Part shown: positions 1 through 9,356 of the stretch, piece by piece
Numbering within the stretch: position 1 is the first letter of the stretch
Layout of the letters: each line of letters begins with the position of its first letter
From: an uncultured Flavobacteriales bacterium
Lineage (GTDB): Bacteria > Bacteroidota > Bacteroidia > Flavobacteriales_G > Salibacteraceae
DNA length: 29,809 bases
Assembly (NCBI GenBank): GCA_964637935.1
Contig: CAZWXC010000001.1
Location: forward strand, 4,772-34,580
Direction of reading: 5' to 3'
The notes under the pieces: model-generated
Told to the model about the DNA's origin: nothing
Seen by the model: the letters and a program-made list of their open reading frames with translations, nothing else
Database searches by the model: none
Position numbers and translations under genes: made by a program

Positions 1-313
1 AAGCAATCGATTGCATAGAAAGACCAGAAACTGACTCTTTGATTGAATGGTCAGCACTAAAGATACCATTTACAAAGACGATTAGATGCGCTTCTAAATC
101 AGGAATTGTCAATCCTGATAAATCTACTGCAGAAAGTCCGTTTTGATTGTAGCTTGCCGAAACCAACCTAGCCACTCTAGTATATTTCCAATACTCATCA
201 CGCGTAGTTGGAAAGTCAAGTCCATTATGAATGGCTGCGCGCGCATCGCCTTGCAGCGGAAACTGTGCAGGAATATGATCGAACTGTTCTAAAAATGAAA
301 GTTTGTCAGACAT
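1..313 (-). CDS. sufD: Fe-S cluster assembly protein SufD, 5' part (runs off the left edge; not in the ORF track)
   Basis: Hand translation from ATG at 313: MSDKLSFLEQFDHIPAQFPLQGDARAAIHNGLDFPTTRDEYWKYTRVARL...LIVFVNG, open to the window edge. It has the SufD N-terminal motifs PT..E.WKYT and VFVNG and starts 9 nt after the sufC stop. Confidence 0.9.
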   Translation of the reverse strand, partial: MSDKLSFLEQFDHIPAQFPLQGDARAAIHNGLDFPTTRDEYWKYTRVARLVSASYNQNGLSAVDLSGLTIPDLEAHLIVFVNGIFSADHSIKESVSGLSMQSIA

Positions 314-322
314 GTTTTCGCT

Positions 323-1087
323 TTAAACAGATTCTACTTCTTCAATGATCCAATCGTATCCTTTTTCTTCTAGTTCTAGGGCCAACGATTTATCACCAGA
401 TTTCACAATACGGCCATTGTACAAAACATGCACAAAATCTGGAACGATGTAATCTAGCAACCTTTGGTAGTGTGTAATCACAATAAACGAACGATCTGCT
501 GCGCGAAGCTTATTAACTCCGTTTGCAACAATCTTAAGTGCATCAATGTCAAGTCCTGAATCGGTTTCATCTAAGATGCCCAATTTCGGTTCAAGCATCG
601 CCATTTGAAAGATCTCATTGCGCTTCTTTTCACCGCCCGAAAAACCTTCGTTAACCGCGCGATTTGCAAGGTTTTCTTTCAATTCAACCATGGCTTGTTT
701 TTCTCGCACCATCATCATAAAGTCTTTAGCAGAAATATCTTCTTGGCCATGATGCGCGCGCTTGGCATTGATCGCTGCTTTCAAGAAATTGATGTTGCTC
801 ACACCTGGAATTTCAACCGGATATTGAAATGCGAGAAACAAACCCTCACGACTTCTCTCTTCTGGAGCCATCTCCAAAAGGTCTTTTCCTAGAAAAGTTA
901 CTTCACCTGCTTCTACTTCGTATTCTTCGCGGCCAGCCAACACAGACGAAAGCGTGCTTTTACCACTTCCGTTAGGGCCCATAATTGCATGCACCTCGCC
1001 TGGCTTTATTTCAAGGTCAATACCTTTTAGTATTTGATTGCCTTCTATCGAGGCTTTTAATCCGCTGATTTTTAAGAAATCACTCAT
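323..1087 (-). CDS. sufC: Fe-S cluster assembly ATPase SufC
   Basis: Walker A GPNGSGKST, FLAFQYPVEIPGVSN, signature GFSGGEKKRNE, Walker B ILDETDSGLDIDAL; lies between sufB and sufD. Confidence 0.98.
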   Translation of the reverse strand: MSDFLKISGLKASIEGNQILKGIDLEIKPGEVHAIMGPNGSGKSTLSSVLAGREEYEVEAGEVTFLGKDLLEMAPEERSREGLFLAFQYPVEIPGVSNINFLKAAINAKRAHHGQEDISAKDFMMMVREKQAMVELKENLANRAVNEGFSGGEKKRNEIFQMAMLEPKLGILDETDSGLDIDALKIVANGVNKLRAADRSFIVITHYQRLLDYIVPDFVHVLYNGRIVKSGDKSLALELEEKGYDWIIEEVESV

Positions 1088-1132
1088 CTCTAATTATTCT
1101 GAATTGGCCGGTGGCCGAGTTGATGTTTTTAA

Positions 1133-2581
1133 TTAACCTACGCTTCCTTCAAGGGAAATACTCAATAATTTTTGTGCTTCTACTGCAAACTCCATAGGGA
1201 GCTTATTCAATACTTCTTTGGCATATCCGTTCACAATCAAGCTCACGGCCTTTTCTTCATCTATTCCTCTTTGCAGGCAATAGAAAATCTGGTCTTCACC
1301 AATTTTTGAAGTGGTAGCCTCATGCTCAATTTTAGAAGAGCTGTTTTGATTTTCGATGTATGGAAATGTGTGTGCTCCACAATTGCTACCGAGCAATAAA
1401 GAATCGCACTGGCTAAAGTTTCTGGCGTTAGTAGCGTTTGGTAAAACCTTCACTAATCCACGATAGCTATTGTTGCTTTTTCCTGCCGAAATACCTTTTG
1501 AAATAATCGTGCTCTTGGTGTTTTTACCAATATGAATCATCTTGGTTCCTGTGTCTGCTTGCTGATAATTATTAGTTACAGCAACAGAATAAAACTCACC
1601 GACTGAATTATCACCTTTAAGAATACAACTTGGATATTTCCATGTAATAGCGCTTCCGGTTTCTACTTGCGTCCAGCTTATTTTCGAGTTTCTGCCTTCA
1701 CACAAACCTCGTTTTGTAACAAAATTGTAGATACCGCCTTTACCTTCTTCGTTTCCAGGATACCAGTTTTGTACGGTACTGTATTTTATTTCCGCATCAT
1801 CCATGGCAACCAACTCAACCACTGCAGCGTGCAGTTGGTTTTCATCGCGCATTGGCGCAGTGCATCCTTCTAAGTAACTCACATAGCTTCCACTATCAGC
1901 AACTACAAGTGTTCTTTCAAACTGCCCGGTTTGCGCATCGTTGATTCTGAAATAGGTGCTCAACTCCATTGGGCAACGAACGCCTTTTGGTATGTAGCAA
2001 AAAGAACCATCTGTAAATACCGCTGCATTTAATGCCGCATAGAAGTTGTCGTTAGTTGGAACAACAGAACCCATGTATTTTTTAATCAGTTCTGGGTGCT
2101 CTTTTACCGCTTCTGAGAAAGAACAAAAGATGATTCCAAGTTCGCCTAACTTTTCTTTAAAGCTTGTTGCAACGCTGACGCTATCTACAACCACATCTAC
2201 AGCCACTCCAACCAATCGCTTCTGTTCATCCACAGAAATTCCTAGTTTGTCATACATGGATTTCAACTCCGGATCAACTTCATCCAAGCTATTAAGCTGT
2301 TTCTTCGGTTTTGGCGCAGAGTAATAATACAAGTCTTGAAAATCAACTGGTGGATGATGAATATGTGCCCATTTAGGCTCCTTCATTTCTTGCCAAACCT
2401 TGAATGCTTTGAGTCTATAGTCAAGCAACCATTCTGGTTCGTTTTTCTTAGCAGAAATAAGGCGAATGATGTCTTCATTCAATCCTTTTGGCGCTTTGTC
2501 ACTTTCAAAATTTGAAACAAAGCCGAACTCGTATTTCTTACTTTTAAGTTCTTCTGCTAATTCTGTTTCTGTATATGCCAT
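1133..2581 (-). CDS. sufB: Fe-S cluster assembly scaffold SufB
   Basis: Motifs [56 protein letters not shown] and C-terminal LEGSVG. Confidence 0.98.
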   Translation of the reverse strand: MAYTETELAEELKSKKYEFGFVSNFESDKAPKGLNEDIIRLISAKKNEPEWLLDYRLKAFKVWQEMKEPKWAHIHHPPVDFQDLYYYSAPKPKKQLNSLDEVDPELKSMYDKLGISVDEQKRLVGVAVDVVVDSVSVATSFKEKLGELGIIFCSFSEAVKEHPELIKKYMGSVVPTNDNFYAALNAAVFTDGSFCYIPKGVRCPMELSTYFRINDAQTGQFERTLVVADSGSYVSYLEGCTAPMRDENQLHAAVVELVAMDDAEIKYSTVQNWYPGNEEGKGGIYNFVTKRGLCEGRNSKISWTQVETGSAITWKYPSCILKGDNSVGEFYSVAVTNNYQQADTGTKMIHIGKNTKSTIISKGISAGKSNNSYRGLVKVLPNATNARNFSQCDSLLLGSNCGAHTFPYIENQNSSSKIEHEATTSKIGEDQIFYCLQRGIDEEKAVSLIVNGYAKEVLNKLPMEFAVEAQKLLSISLEGSVG

Positions 2582-2586
2582 TGCAT

Positions 2587-2621
2587 CAGTTATTAGTCAC
2601 TAGTAATTAGTTTGTAGTGAT
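2587..2621. repeat. Degenerate heptamer tandem repeat (5 units, YAGTnnn) between iscA and sufB
   Basis: CAGTtat TAGTcac TAGTaat TAGTttg TAGTgat; the core recurs at 2587, 2594, 2601, 2608 and 2615. Confidence 0.6.
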
Positions 2622-2637
2622 CAAATGTTTGGGGTTG

Positions 2638-2964
2638 TTAGATAGAGAAACTTTCGCCACAACCGCATGTGCGGCTGGCGTTTGGATTGATGAAGGAAAA
2701 GCCTTTACCATTGAGGCCGCCTGCAAAATCAAGCTCAGTACCTACCAAGTATAAAAAGCTCTTTTTGTCAACCACGATTTTCACACCCTTGTCTTCAAAC
2801 ACTTTATCGTCATCTTTAAGCTCGGTGTCAAAATCCATCACGTATGACAATCCTGAGCAACCACCGCCCTTCACACCAACGCGAATAAAAGCTTCTTGAG
2901 ACACGGAGTCATCGCCTTTAAGCTTGGCCACTTGTGCTTTTGCATTTTCGCTTACTGTAATCAT
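2638..2964 (-). CDS. iscA: HesB/IscA/SufA family A-type Fe-S carrier
   Basis: Motifs [15 protein letters not shown] and [16 protein letters not shown]; first gene of the suf operon. Confidence 0.95.
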   Translation of the reverse strand: MITVSENAKAQVAKLKGDDSVSQEAFIRVGVKGGGCSGLSYVMDFDTELKDDDKVFEDKGVKIVVDKKSFLYLVGTELDFAGGLNGKGFSFINPNASRTCGCGESFSI

Positions 2965-3000
2965 TGCGCTAAAACAATTGGTTTATTGATTGAGTTCAAT

Positions 3001-3025
3001 TCTATTTAGATTTAATCTAAATAGA
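3001..3025. promoter_or_regulatory. Perfect 12-1-12 palindrome, probable Fur-type iron box
   Basis: TCTATTTAGATT-T-AATCTAAATAGA, 36 nt upstream of the iscA start. Its core ATTTAGATTTAATCTAAAT differs at 2 of 19 positions from the Fur box I recall for the flavobacterium Riemerella anatipestifer (ATTTAGAATTATTCTAAAT). Confidence 0.75.
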
Positions 3026-3039
3026 TGAAAAATTTTGCG

Positions 3040-3047
3040 CAAAAATA
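3040..3047 (-). promoter_or_regulatory. Bacteroidota housekeeping -7 promoter element for the suf operon
   Basis: The minus strand reads TATTTTTG, matching TAnnTTTG, just upstream of the palindrome and iscA. Confidence 0.6.
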
Positions 3048-3082
3048 CCTGAAAAAGGGGATGTATACAAGTTTTGGATTGA

Positions 3083-3766
3083 TTAATACACCTCAGCTCC
3101 AAACTTGAGTTTGAATCTTCTACGAATAAAGTAGGTTGAGAGATAGAGAAAAGGCGTGTCAAGCAGCGCTATCAAGGCTTTAAAGGTCCAACCTGAAACA
3201 ATATATGCTCCGATGGTTGGCCAAGGCAACTCACCTGCAAAAAGCACAAGAATAACTAGGGTTGTATCAACCAATTGCGACAAAACAGTTGATGCATTGT
3301 TTCGCAGCCACAAGTACTTTCCTTTGGTAAGGTTTTTCCAAAAATGGAAAAGCTTTACATCTACATATTGCGCTAAGGTGTACGCAATCATAGAAGACAT
3401 GATCACTCGCCATGAGTTGCCATAAGCTGTTTGGTAAAGTGAATCTGACACAGGAGATGATTCGGTGGCAGGAAACAAGCTTCCCATCCAGAGAATAAAC
3501 ATAGTAAAGACAAGTGCACCAAAACCAGCAAAAACAACTTTATTGGTCTTTTTCTGTCCGTAGATTTCAGATAAAATATCGGTAATGAGAAAAGTGATGG
3601 GGTATGGCAAAACTCCCGCGCTGATGGTAAAAACAAAGCCAGGAATGCCAAAGTCTACGGTTACGAATTTGTTCGCAATAAGATTGCAAACAACCAACGC
3701 TGTAATAAACAGCGATGCAAGAATTAAATAAAGGTAATCGGCTTCAGCCTTTAAGTTTTTGTTCAT
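3083..3766 (-). CDS. yhhQ: Queuosine precursor transporter (YhhQ/COG1738 family)
   Basis: Multi-TM protein with N.IA.K, G...YP.TFL.TDI..E.YG, Q..DV..F, LWLRNN.ST..SQ..DT and K..IALLDTPF.Y motifs. Confidence 0.9.
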   Translation of the reverse strand: MNKNLKAEADYLYLILASLFITALVVCNLIANKFVTVDFGIPGFVFTISAGVLPYPITFLITDILSEIYGQKKTNKVVFAGFGALVFTMFILWMGSLFPATESSPVSDSLYQTAYGNSWRVIMSSMIAYTLAQYVDVKLFHFWKNLTKGKYLWLRNNASTVLSQLVDTTLVILVLFAGELPWPTIGAYIVSGWTFKALIALLDTPFLYLSTYFIRRRFKLKFGAEVY

Positions 3767-3786
3767 GAATAAGCGAAAGTGCTAAA

Positions 3787-6159
3787 CTAAAGTTTTAGCC
3801 CCATAACACATACATCGTCAACCTGTTCAAGATCTCCTTTCCAACCCACAAAATATTCTGATAAAAAGTCTTTTTGCCCATCTAAAATCATCTGATCTTG
3901 GGCCAAAGTGAGTATTTGCTTGAACAATGAATATTTCATTTTCTTACCGCGCTTACCACCAAATTGATCGGCAAATCCATCACTAAAAATATAAATCACA
4001 TCACCTTGAGTAAGCTGAATACTGTGATTGATAAAAGGCTTGGCGCCACTAAATTGCCCTACAGGTTGCTTATCTCCTTTTACTTCATAAATCGAACAAT
4101 TACTGCCTTCTATCTCGGTTTGTTTGAATTGATCATGATCAATTATCCTGTCCGTAAGCAACCACAATGGGCTTTGTGCGCCAGCAAATTCAAGAACCCT
4201 CGAGTTTTTATCAAACTTACAAAGTGCTATATCCATTCCATCCATAACACTTTCTTCGCCTTGAGCTATTTGTTCAATGACATAAACTCTAGTAAGATCA
4301 AGGAGTTTTGATGGTTCCACATCACCCAATTCGCGAATCGCTCTGTTCAGCGCATTATGACAAATAACACTCATCATCGCCCCAGGAACGCCATGTCCTG
4401 TGCAATCTGCAACAGCGAAGTACAGACATTCGTTCTCTTCTCTAATCCAGAAAAAATCACCCGCAACCACATCTTTAGGTTCGTACATCACAAAAGCCTG
4501 ATCAAAGTAATTCTTAAGCATTGTGGAAGACGGCAACATCGCATTCTGTATGCGTTTTGCGTAGCTTATTGAATCCTGCACTTCAAGATTTCTTTGAAGT
4601 AGTTGCTTCGATTGCTTTTTAATAACTTCTGATTTTTGACTTACTAACTTAGTGAGCGTTCGCTGTCTGAAATATCCGTAAACAGCGAGAAACAGAGATA
4701 GCGTAATACAGCCTAAAGCAATGCCAATCCACAGATTTGTTCGCTTCAAGTTGGTAAGCAAAACATTAGTTTCTTTCAATTTATTTTCAGCTTCTATGAT
4801 TTTATTTGCTGTCAAATCAAGGTTAGTCGAAACTAATTTGTATTCTTTTTCCTTCGACTCAAAACCAGCTTCTAATAATGCAAACGCTTGCTGTTTGTTT
4901 TGCAATTCTTTTCGAGAATGCATAATAGAATCTCGGCTTTGCTTCACCATGGCCTTTAGACTGCTAAGTTGCGCTTTAGAAGAAACGATGGATGCTAAAA
5001 GTAGATCCACTTCATCACTTTTTTCGTTAAGGAGGTTGTCTATTGAATCTTTCGCGAGTAGTAGCCTATCGTTTGCAGCTTTTAATGCGGCTTGCTTTTG
5101 AGTCAGGCTTGCCACTTTGCTTCGCTCTTCAGTGATACTTGCTTGAGCACTTGACATTGCAAGCTGCCATTCGTTTTTATTGGAGGTAATGCTCGCCATG
5201 AGTTTAACTTGATCAGAGACATTAAAGCCTCTTTTACTCATTTCGATTTCATTTATCTCAAACTTTGTTTCACCATCAAGATTTTGGAAATTAATCATCG
5301 TTTCATGAAATCCATAGCCGTTGGTAACGAGAAGCACATTGTCACCAACCATCTTCAATAATCTAGAACCATTTAGTCCAGAATTTTGGTTGACGTATAG
5401 CATGTCAACTTTGTTATTTGCAATTTCTACTAGGGAACTGGTATTCTCCAAAAATGTTAGTCTAGACTTGGCAAACAAAGGATTGACCAATTGCTCATTC
5501 ACTAAATTCACGTAAAGATTATAGTCTTGGTAAACACCAACATCAATTGTATCCTTTAATTCCTTTGGCCATCCAAGTTGATTAGAGAAATCAACGATAT
5601 GTTCAGACATATTTTGAGATAGTTGATTCGCTACAGCCATTCTATACTCTGTTCTCAATGAATCTATTCTAGCCCACTTATTTTTAAGATTCATCTCAGA
5701 ATAAGACATCTCATTTTTGCCATTATCCCAGAATATATTCAAATAACTTGAGTCTTGAATGATAGAAGGCAACAGAAATCTACTCTCAAGCATTGAAATT
5801 GTCAATTCAAAAATTGAGTTTTTCTGATTGACTTTCTTCATGTTAACATCTCGCAAATCAAATTCAATGTATTTGTCTGCGTAGCCCTGCTGACTTGCTT
5901 GAAGCAAATATCTTTTACCAAAAGGTAGCTTAGAGTAAAAAGCGCCAGAAGGACTAACCTTTATCTCCTTGTAAATGGTGTCTTCAGTCCAAACTAACAG
6001 TTTACTTCCTGACGAAGGCTTTTCTACCGCATCAATTAGGCTTTCTGTTGTTACATAACCATTGATAGTGAGGTCAATTTGGGCTTTAAGAACTTGCGTA
6101 AATACCAGTAAAACTGATACCATTACTAGCGTCTTAACTTTGGGGTAAGTGACGTTCAT
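3787..6159 (-). CDS. Membrane sensor phosphatase, paralog 1: signal peptide, beta-sandwich, YfiR(DUF4154)-like domain, coiled coil, 1 TM, SpoIIE/PP2C
   Basis: PP2C motifs PKDVVAGDFFW, AVADCTGHGVPGAMMS, DGMDIA, FSDGFADQFGG and QVDDVCVM. Aa ~180-322 is YfiR-like (F...L.WP, IDVGV, VLLVT..GF...MINF...KFEIN...RGFNVS). Heptad-rich segment precedes the TM WIGIALGCITLSLFLAVYGYF. Confidence 0.85.
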   Translation of the reverse strand: MNVTYPKVKTLVMVSVLLVFTQVLKAQIDLTINGYVTTESLIDAVEKPSSGSKLLVWTEDTIYKEIKVSPSGAFYSKLPFGKRYLLQASQQGYADKYIEFDLRDVNMKKVNQKNSIFELTISMLESRFLLPSIIQDSSYLNIFWDNGKNEMSYSEMNLKNKWARIDSLRTEYRMAVANQLSQNMSEHIVDFSNQLGWPKELKDTIDVGVYQDYNLYVNLVNEQLVNPLFAKSRLTFLENTSSLVEIANNKVDMLYVNQNSGLNGSRLLKMVGDNVLLVTNGYGFHETMINFQNLDGETKFEINEIEMSKRGFNVSDQVKLMASITSNKNEWQLAMSSAQASITEERSKVASLTQKQAALKAANDRLLLAKDSIDNLLNEKSDEVDLLLASIVSSKAQLSSLKAMVKQSRDSIMHSRKELQNKQQAFALLEAGFESKEKEYKLVSTNLDLTANKIIEAENKLKETNVLLTNLKRTNLWIGIALGCITLSLFLAVYGYFRQRTLTKLVSQKSEVIKKQSKQLLQRNLEVQDSISYAKRIQNAMLPSSTMLKNYFDQAFVMYEPKDVVAGDFFWIREENECLYFAVADCTGHGVPGAMMSVICHNALNRAIRELGDVEPSKLLDLTRVYVIEQIAQGEESVMDGMDIALCKFDKNSRVLEFAGAQSPLWLLTDRIIDHDQFKQTEIEGSNCSIYEVKGDKQPVGQFSGAKPFINHSIQLTQGDVIYIFSDGFADQFGGKRGKKMKYSLFKQILTLAQDQMILDGQKDFLSEYFVGWKGDLEQVDDVCVMGLKL

Positions 6160-6402
6160 CGGGGGTGATTTTAATCAAGTAGTCATCAGTTGCAAACCAA
6201 TTTGCTGAAAATGTTACCATTTATCAGCTATTGGGAGGGTCTTGCAAAGTTGATGTGTTCTTAACTTGACAGTCTACTGCAAAACAAAATAAAAGTTGCA
6301 GTGAAATCCTATTTTATTGATGTAGTTCGCATAAGACAAGCGGTCATTCACATCAAAACCCTGATTACTTATCTCCATTCAACTGTTAACAACCATTGAT
6401 TT

Positions 6403-8883
6403 TCAAAGCTTAACAGCCATCACACACACGTCATCTACCTGTTCCAAGTCACCTTTCCAGTTGATGAAATATTCAGATAGAAATTCCCTTTGTTTTTCAA
6501 GTTCATCTTGATCTTGAATCATTCCGATCAATTCCTTAAAAAGCGAGGTCTTCATTTTCTTACCGCGTTTGCCCCCAAATTGATCTGGGAAACCATCACT
6601 AAAGATGTAAATCGTATCTCCTTCCTCTAGTTTGATAGTATGATTGGAAAAGGAAGAGGATGCATAGTATTTACCCACGGGTTGTTTGTCTCCCTTAATT
6701 TCGTGCAGATACTTTCCACCGTTTGCAACACTGGTAACTAGAACTTTGGGATGCTCAATTAGCCGATTAGAAGCAATCCATACAGGATTGTGCGCACCAG
6801 CAAACTGAAGCTCTTTTGTATATTTATTGAAAGCACAGAGTGCGATATCCATTCCATCCATCACATCACCATCGCCCATGGCGATTTGTGCAATCACATA
6901 TTTGCGAGTAAGACTAAGTAACTCGCTAGGAACAGGAAATTCAGCTTCTCTCAGTGCCCTATCTAGCGCATTATGACACAAAATACTCATCATAGCACCA
7001 GGAACACCATGTCCTGTGCAATCAGCCACAGCGAAATAAACAAGCTCATTGAGCTGCTTCATCCAAAAGAAATCTCCCGCTACTACGTCTTTTGGTTCAA
7101 ACAAAATAAAAGATTGATCAAAGTGCTTTTCAAGAGAAGATAATTGCGGCAACATAGCCACTTGTATGCGTTTAGCATAATTTATAGAATCACTCATTTC
7201 TCTGTTTTTTTGTGCGAGTTGGGTACGTTGCATATTTAGCTTCTTAGATTTAAATCCGATTTCATCAGTTAGCACAATTTGCTTTCGATAGCCTCTATAA
7301 ACAAAATAGAGCAACAACAAAATCGCGCCAAGCACAAATGCTATAATGCTACTAAATCTTTTTTGAGTGCTCAGCAAATCATCCATTTCACCCAGTTCGG
7401 TCTCGGCCATTCTAATTTCTTCTGTTTTTCGAAAAAGTGCTTCGTCAAAGGCCACTAGGTCTTGCTCTTTTTCTTCTAATGTTTTATTTGTTTCATCGAG
7501 CCATTTCTGTTTATTACGCAAAGCCATCTGAGTATTTCTTATTGCGTAATTTCTATCATCAAGCTCCAGATTCAATGTTGACAATCTCATTTCCGCTTGC
7601 TCTATACCTGAAGAAAAAGAATCAATTTTCAAATTCTTAAGCGCCAAAAGACTGTCTAAAGCATCCTGAATAGCAAGTAATTCATTGTTCTGTCTTTGAA
7701 GTTCTTCATGTTTACTTCCTATGTCTACAACTTTATCCTTTTCTTCTTTAATACTCAATTGTGCATTCATCAACGCTTTTTGCCACTCGAGCTTGTCAGA
7801 GGTTATATTGGCCATCAATAACACTGGCTCACTGGCATTAAAACCTCTCTTAGCAAGTTCAATCTGGTTTATTTCATAATTAACATGGTTACCATCAATA
7901 GTAAAATTGACCATTGACTCATTAAAACCAAAGTCAGCCGTAACAAGCAATACGTCTTTATCTAGTGAAGGAAGAAAATGTGTACCTGATAATCCTGACT
8001 GTGCATTTAAAAAAAGCACATCGAGTTTGGATTTAGCAGTTGGAACAAATGCACTTTGCGTTGACAAATACGTAACCTGAGAATTAATAAGTAGCGGATT
8101 CGTCTTCCGTTCGCGCACTAAATTGACGAAAAGTGGATAGTCTTTGTAAATACCAATATCGAAAGTATCACCAATGTCTCTTGGCCACTCTATACCTTCT
8201 TTAAAATTGGCAATCTGCTCAGATATTCGTTTGCTGGGCAAACTGTTTACAGCTTTCAAATACTCTTGACCAAGTGAATCTACCTTTTGCCATCTTCGCT
8301 GTAGCTCTTTCTCTGAATACGTTAAGCCATTATAAAAATAATCCCAAAAAACGTCAGACTGCTGTGCCGCTTCAAGCACTTCGTCTATCAGATAATCCAT
8401 CTCAATTAACGAAACTGTAAGATCGAAATACTGATTTGATTTGTCAATGAGATCAGGAGTAACACCCTCTAACAAAAAGCGCACACTTTTAGTAGCATAA
8501 CCCTCTTTCTCGCACCTAAGAACATAGTTCGTGCCCACTTGTAACTTTACAAAGAACGCACCTGACTTACTGATTACTGGAATGCTTTGCAAAGAATCAT
8601 CCGCCCACAGCGTAAGCAATGCCTCAGAAGTTGATTTTGTTTTTTCATCTCCCAATTGTTGAGTAGCAACATAACCTGAAATAGTTATTTCGTTACCAAA
8701 TGTTTGAGCATTGCCTACGCTCAAATTGAGAAGAAAAATGAGTAAAACCAAGATGACAGCTATCATAGCGCTGTTACTGGCGAAAAGCAAAAGCAATCTC
8801 TTTGAATTAATCTCTGGTTTCAAAAGCTGACTATGTTGATGTATTGTTTGGAACAAGCTTTTAGGGCCCATTTGTGCCATCAA
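6403..8883 (-). CDS. Membrane sensor phosphatase, paralog 2 (same architecture); real start probably downstream, e.g. ATG at 8766
   Basis: Same PP2C motifs and the same YfiR-like block (WPRDIGDTFDIGIY...VLLVTADFGFNESMVNF...YEINQIELAKRGFNAS). Starting at 8766 gives a signal peptide ending VGNA|Q. Confidence 0.85.
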   Translation of the reverse strand: MMAQMGPKSLFQTIHQHSQLLKPEINSKRLLLLFASNSAMIAVILVLLIFLLNLSVGNAQTFGNEITISGYVATQQLGDEKTKSTSEALLTLWADDSLQSIPVISKSGAFFVKLQVGTNYVLRCEKEGYATKSVRFLLEGVTPDLIDKSNQYFDLTVSLIEMDYLIDEVLEAAQQSDVFWDYFYNGLTYSEKELQRRWQKVDSLGQEYLKAVNSLPSKRISEQIANFKEGIEWPRDIGDTFDIGIYKDYPLFVNLVRERKTNPLLINSQVTYLSTQSAFVPTAKSKLDVLFLNAQSGLSGTHFLPSLDKDVLLVTADFGFNESMVNFTIDGNHVNYEINQIELAKRGFNASEPVLLMANITSDKLEWQKALMNAQLSIKEEKDKVVDIGSKHEELQRQNNELLAIQDALDSLLALKNLKIDSFSSGIEQAEMRLSTLNLELDDRNYAIRNTQMALRNKQKWLDETNKTLEEKEQDLVAFDEALFRKTEEIRMAETELGEMDDLLSTQKRFSSIIAFVLGAILLLLYFVYRGYRKQIVLTDEIGFKSKKLNMQRTQLAQKNREMSDSINYAKRIQVAMLPQLSSLEKHFDQSFILFEPKDVVAGDFFWMKQLNELVYFAVADCTGHGVPGAMMSILCHNALDRALREAEFPVPSELLSLTRKYVIAQIAMGDGDVMDGMDIALCAFNKYTKELQFAGAHNPVWIASNRLIEHPKVLVTSVANGGKYLHEIKGDKQPVGKYYASSSFSNHTIKLEEGDTIYIFSDGFPDQFGGKRGKKMKTSLFKELIGMIQDQDELEKQREFLSEYFINWKGDLEQVDDVCVMAVKL

Positions 8884-9000
8884 CGAAAAGAGAAATCAAA
8901 GGTTTCCAGTATGGTCTTTTCACATATCAAAATAGGCAAAACACCTATCACCCTTGACATACAGCTAAGTTTAAGCCCAACTAAACGAGCTTATCAATCA

Positions 9001-9285
9001 CTACCTCTTAGAAATTTTGTTGCCTGTAATATGCCGTTGACGCGAACACTTATGACGTGTAACATCATCTTCTCTTAAAGCAACATGTTTGGTTTTTCGG
9101 CCTTGCACACGGGCACGCCACATTTTAAAACTAGATTGCTTCATTTCTTTGCGCATCAACTCAATTACCTCTTGCTCTTTTAAACCAAATTGAAAATGTA
9201 TGGCAGAAAATGGGGTTCGGTCTTCCCATGCCATCTCTATGATTCTATCAATATCTCGCTCAGTAAATGCTCCAGCTTGCTCCAT
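9001..9285 (-). CDS. TIGR03643/DUF2805 family protein
   Basis: IDRIIEMAWEDRTPF.AI.FQFGL.EQEVI.LMRKEMK.SSFKMWR.RV.GRKTKH; this family is usually found next to photolyase genes. Confidence 0.9.
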   Translation of the reverse strand: MEQAGAFTERDIDRIIEMAWEDRTPFSAIHFQFGLKEQEVIELMRKEMKQSSFKMWRARVQGRKTKHVALREDDVTRHKCSRQRHITGNKISKR

Positions 9286-9320
9286 GTTAATGCAAAAATC
9301 AAGTTTCGGTTAGATTGACT

Positions 9321-9345
9321 TAAACCTTGCAACCCACTTTATGTT
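9321..9345 (+). promoter_or_regulatory. Candidate light-regulon promoter/operator motif, copy 1
   Basis: TAAAC-cttgcaacccacttta-TGTT, ending 11 nt before the DUF2256 ATG; similar to 19245-19270 and 23954-23979. Confidence 0.45.
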
Positions 9346-9356
9346 TTATGTACGAA

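Noticed and set aside
3767-3786. preQ1 riboswitch upstream of the queuosine precursor transporter
   Set aside because: The gap is only 20 nt and no aptamer-like hairpin is visible; no que or tgt genes are nearby.
6231-6245. Sigma-54 -24/-12 promoter, looked for because rpoN is in the window
   Set aside because: The best GG...GC candidate has 9-nt rather than 10-nt spacing and faces away from the adjacent gene; none was found before the pilus operon.
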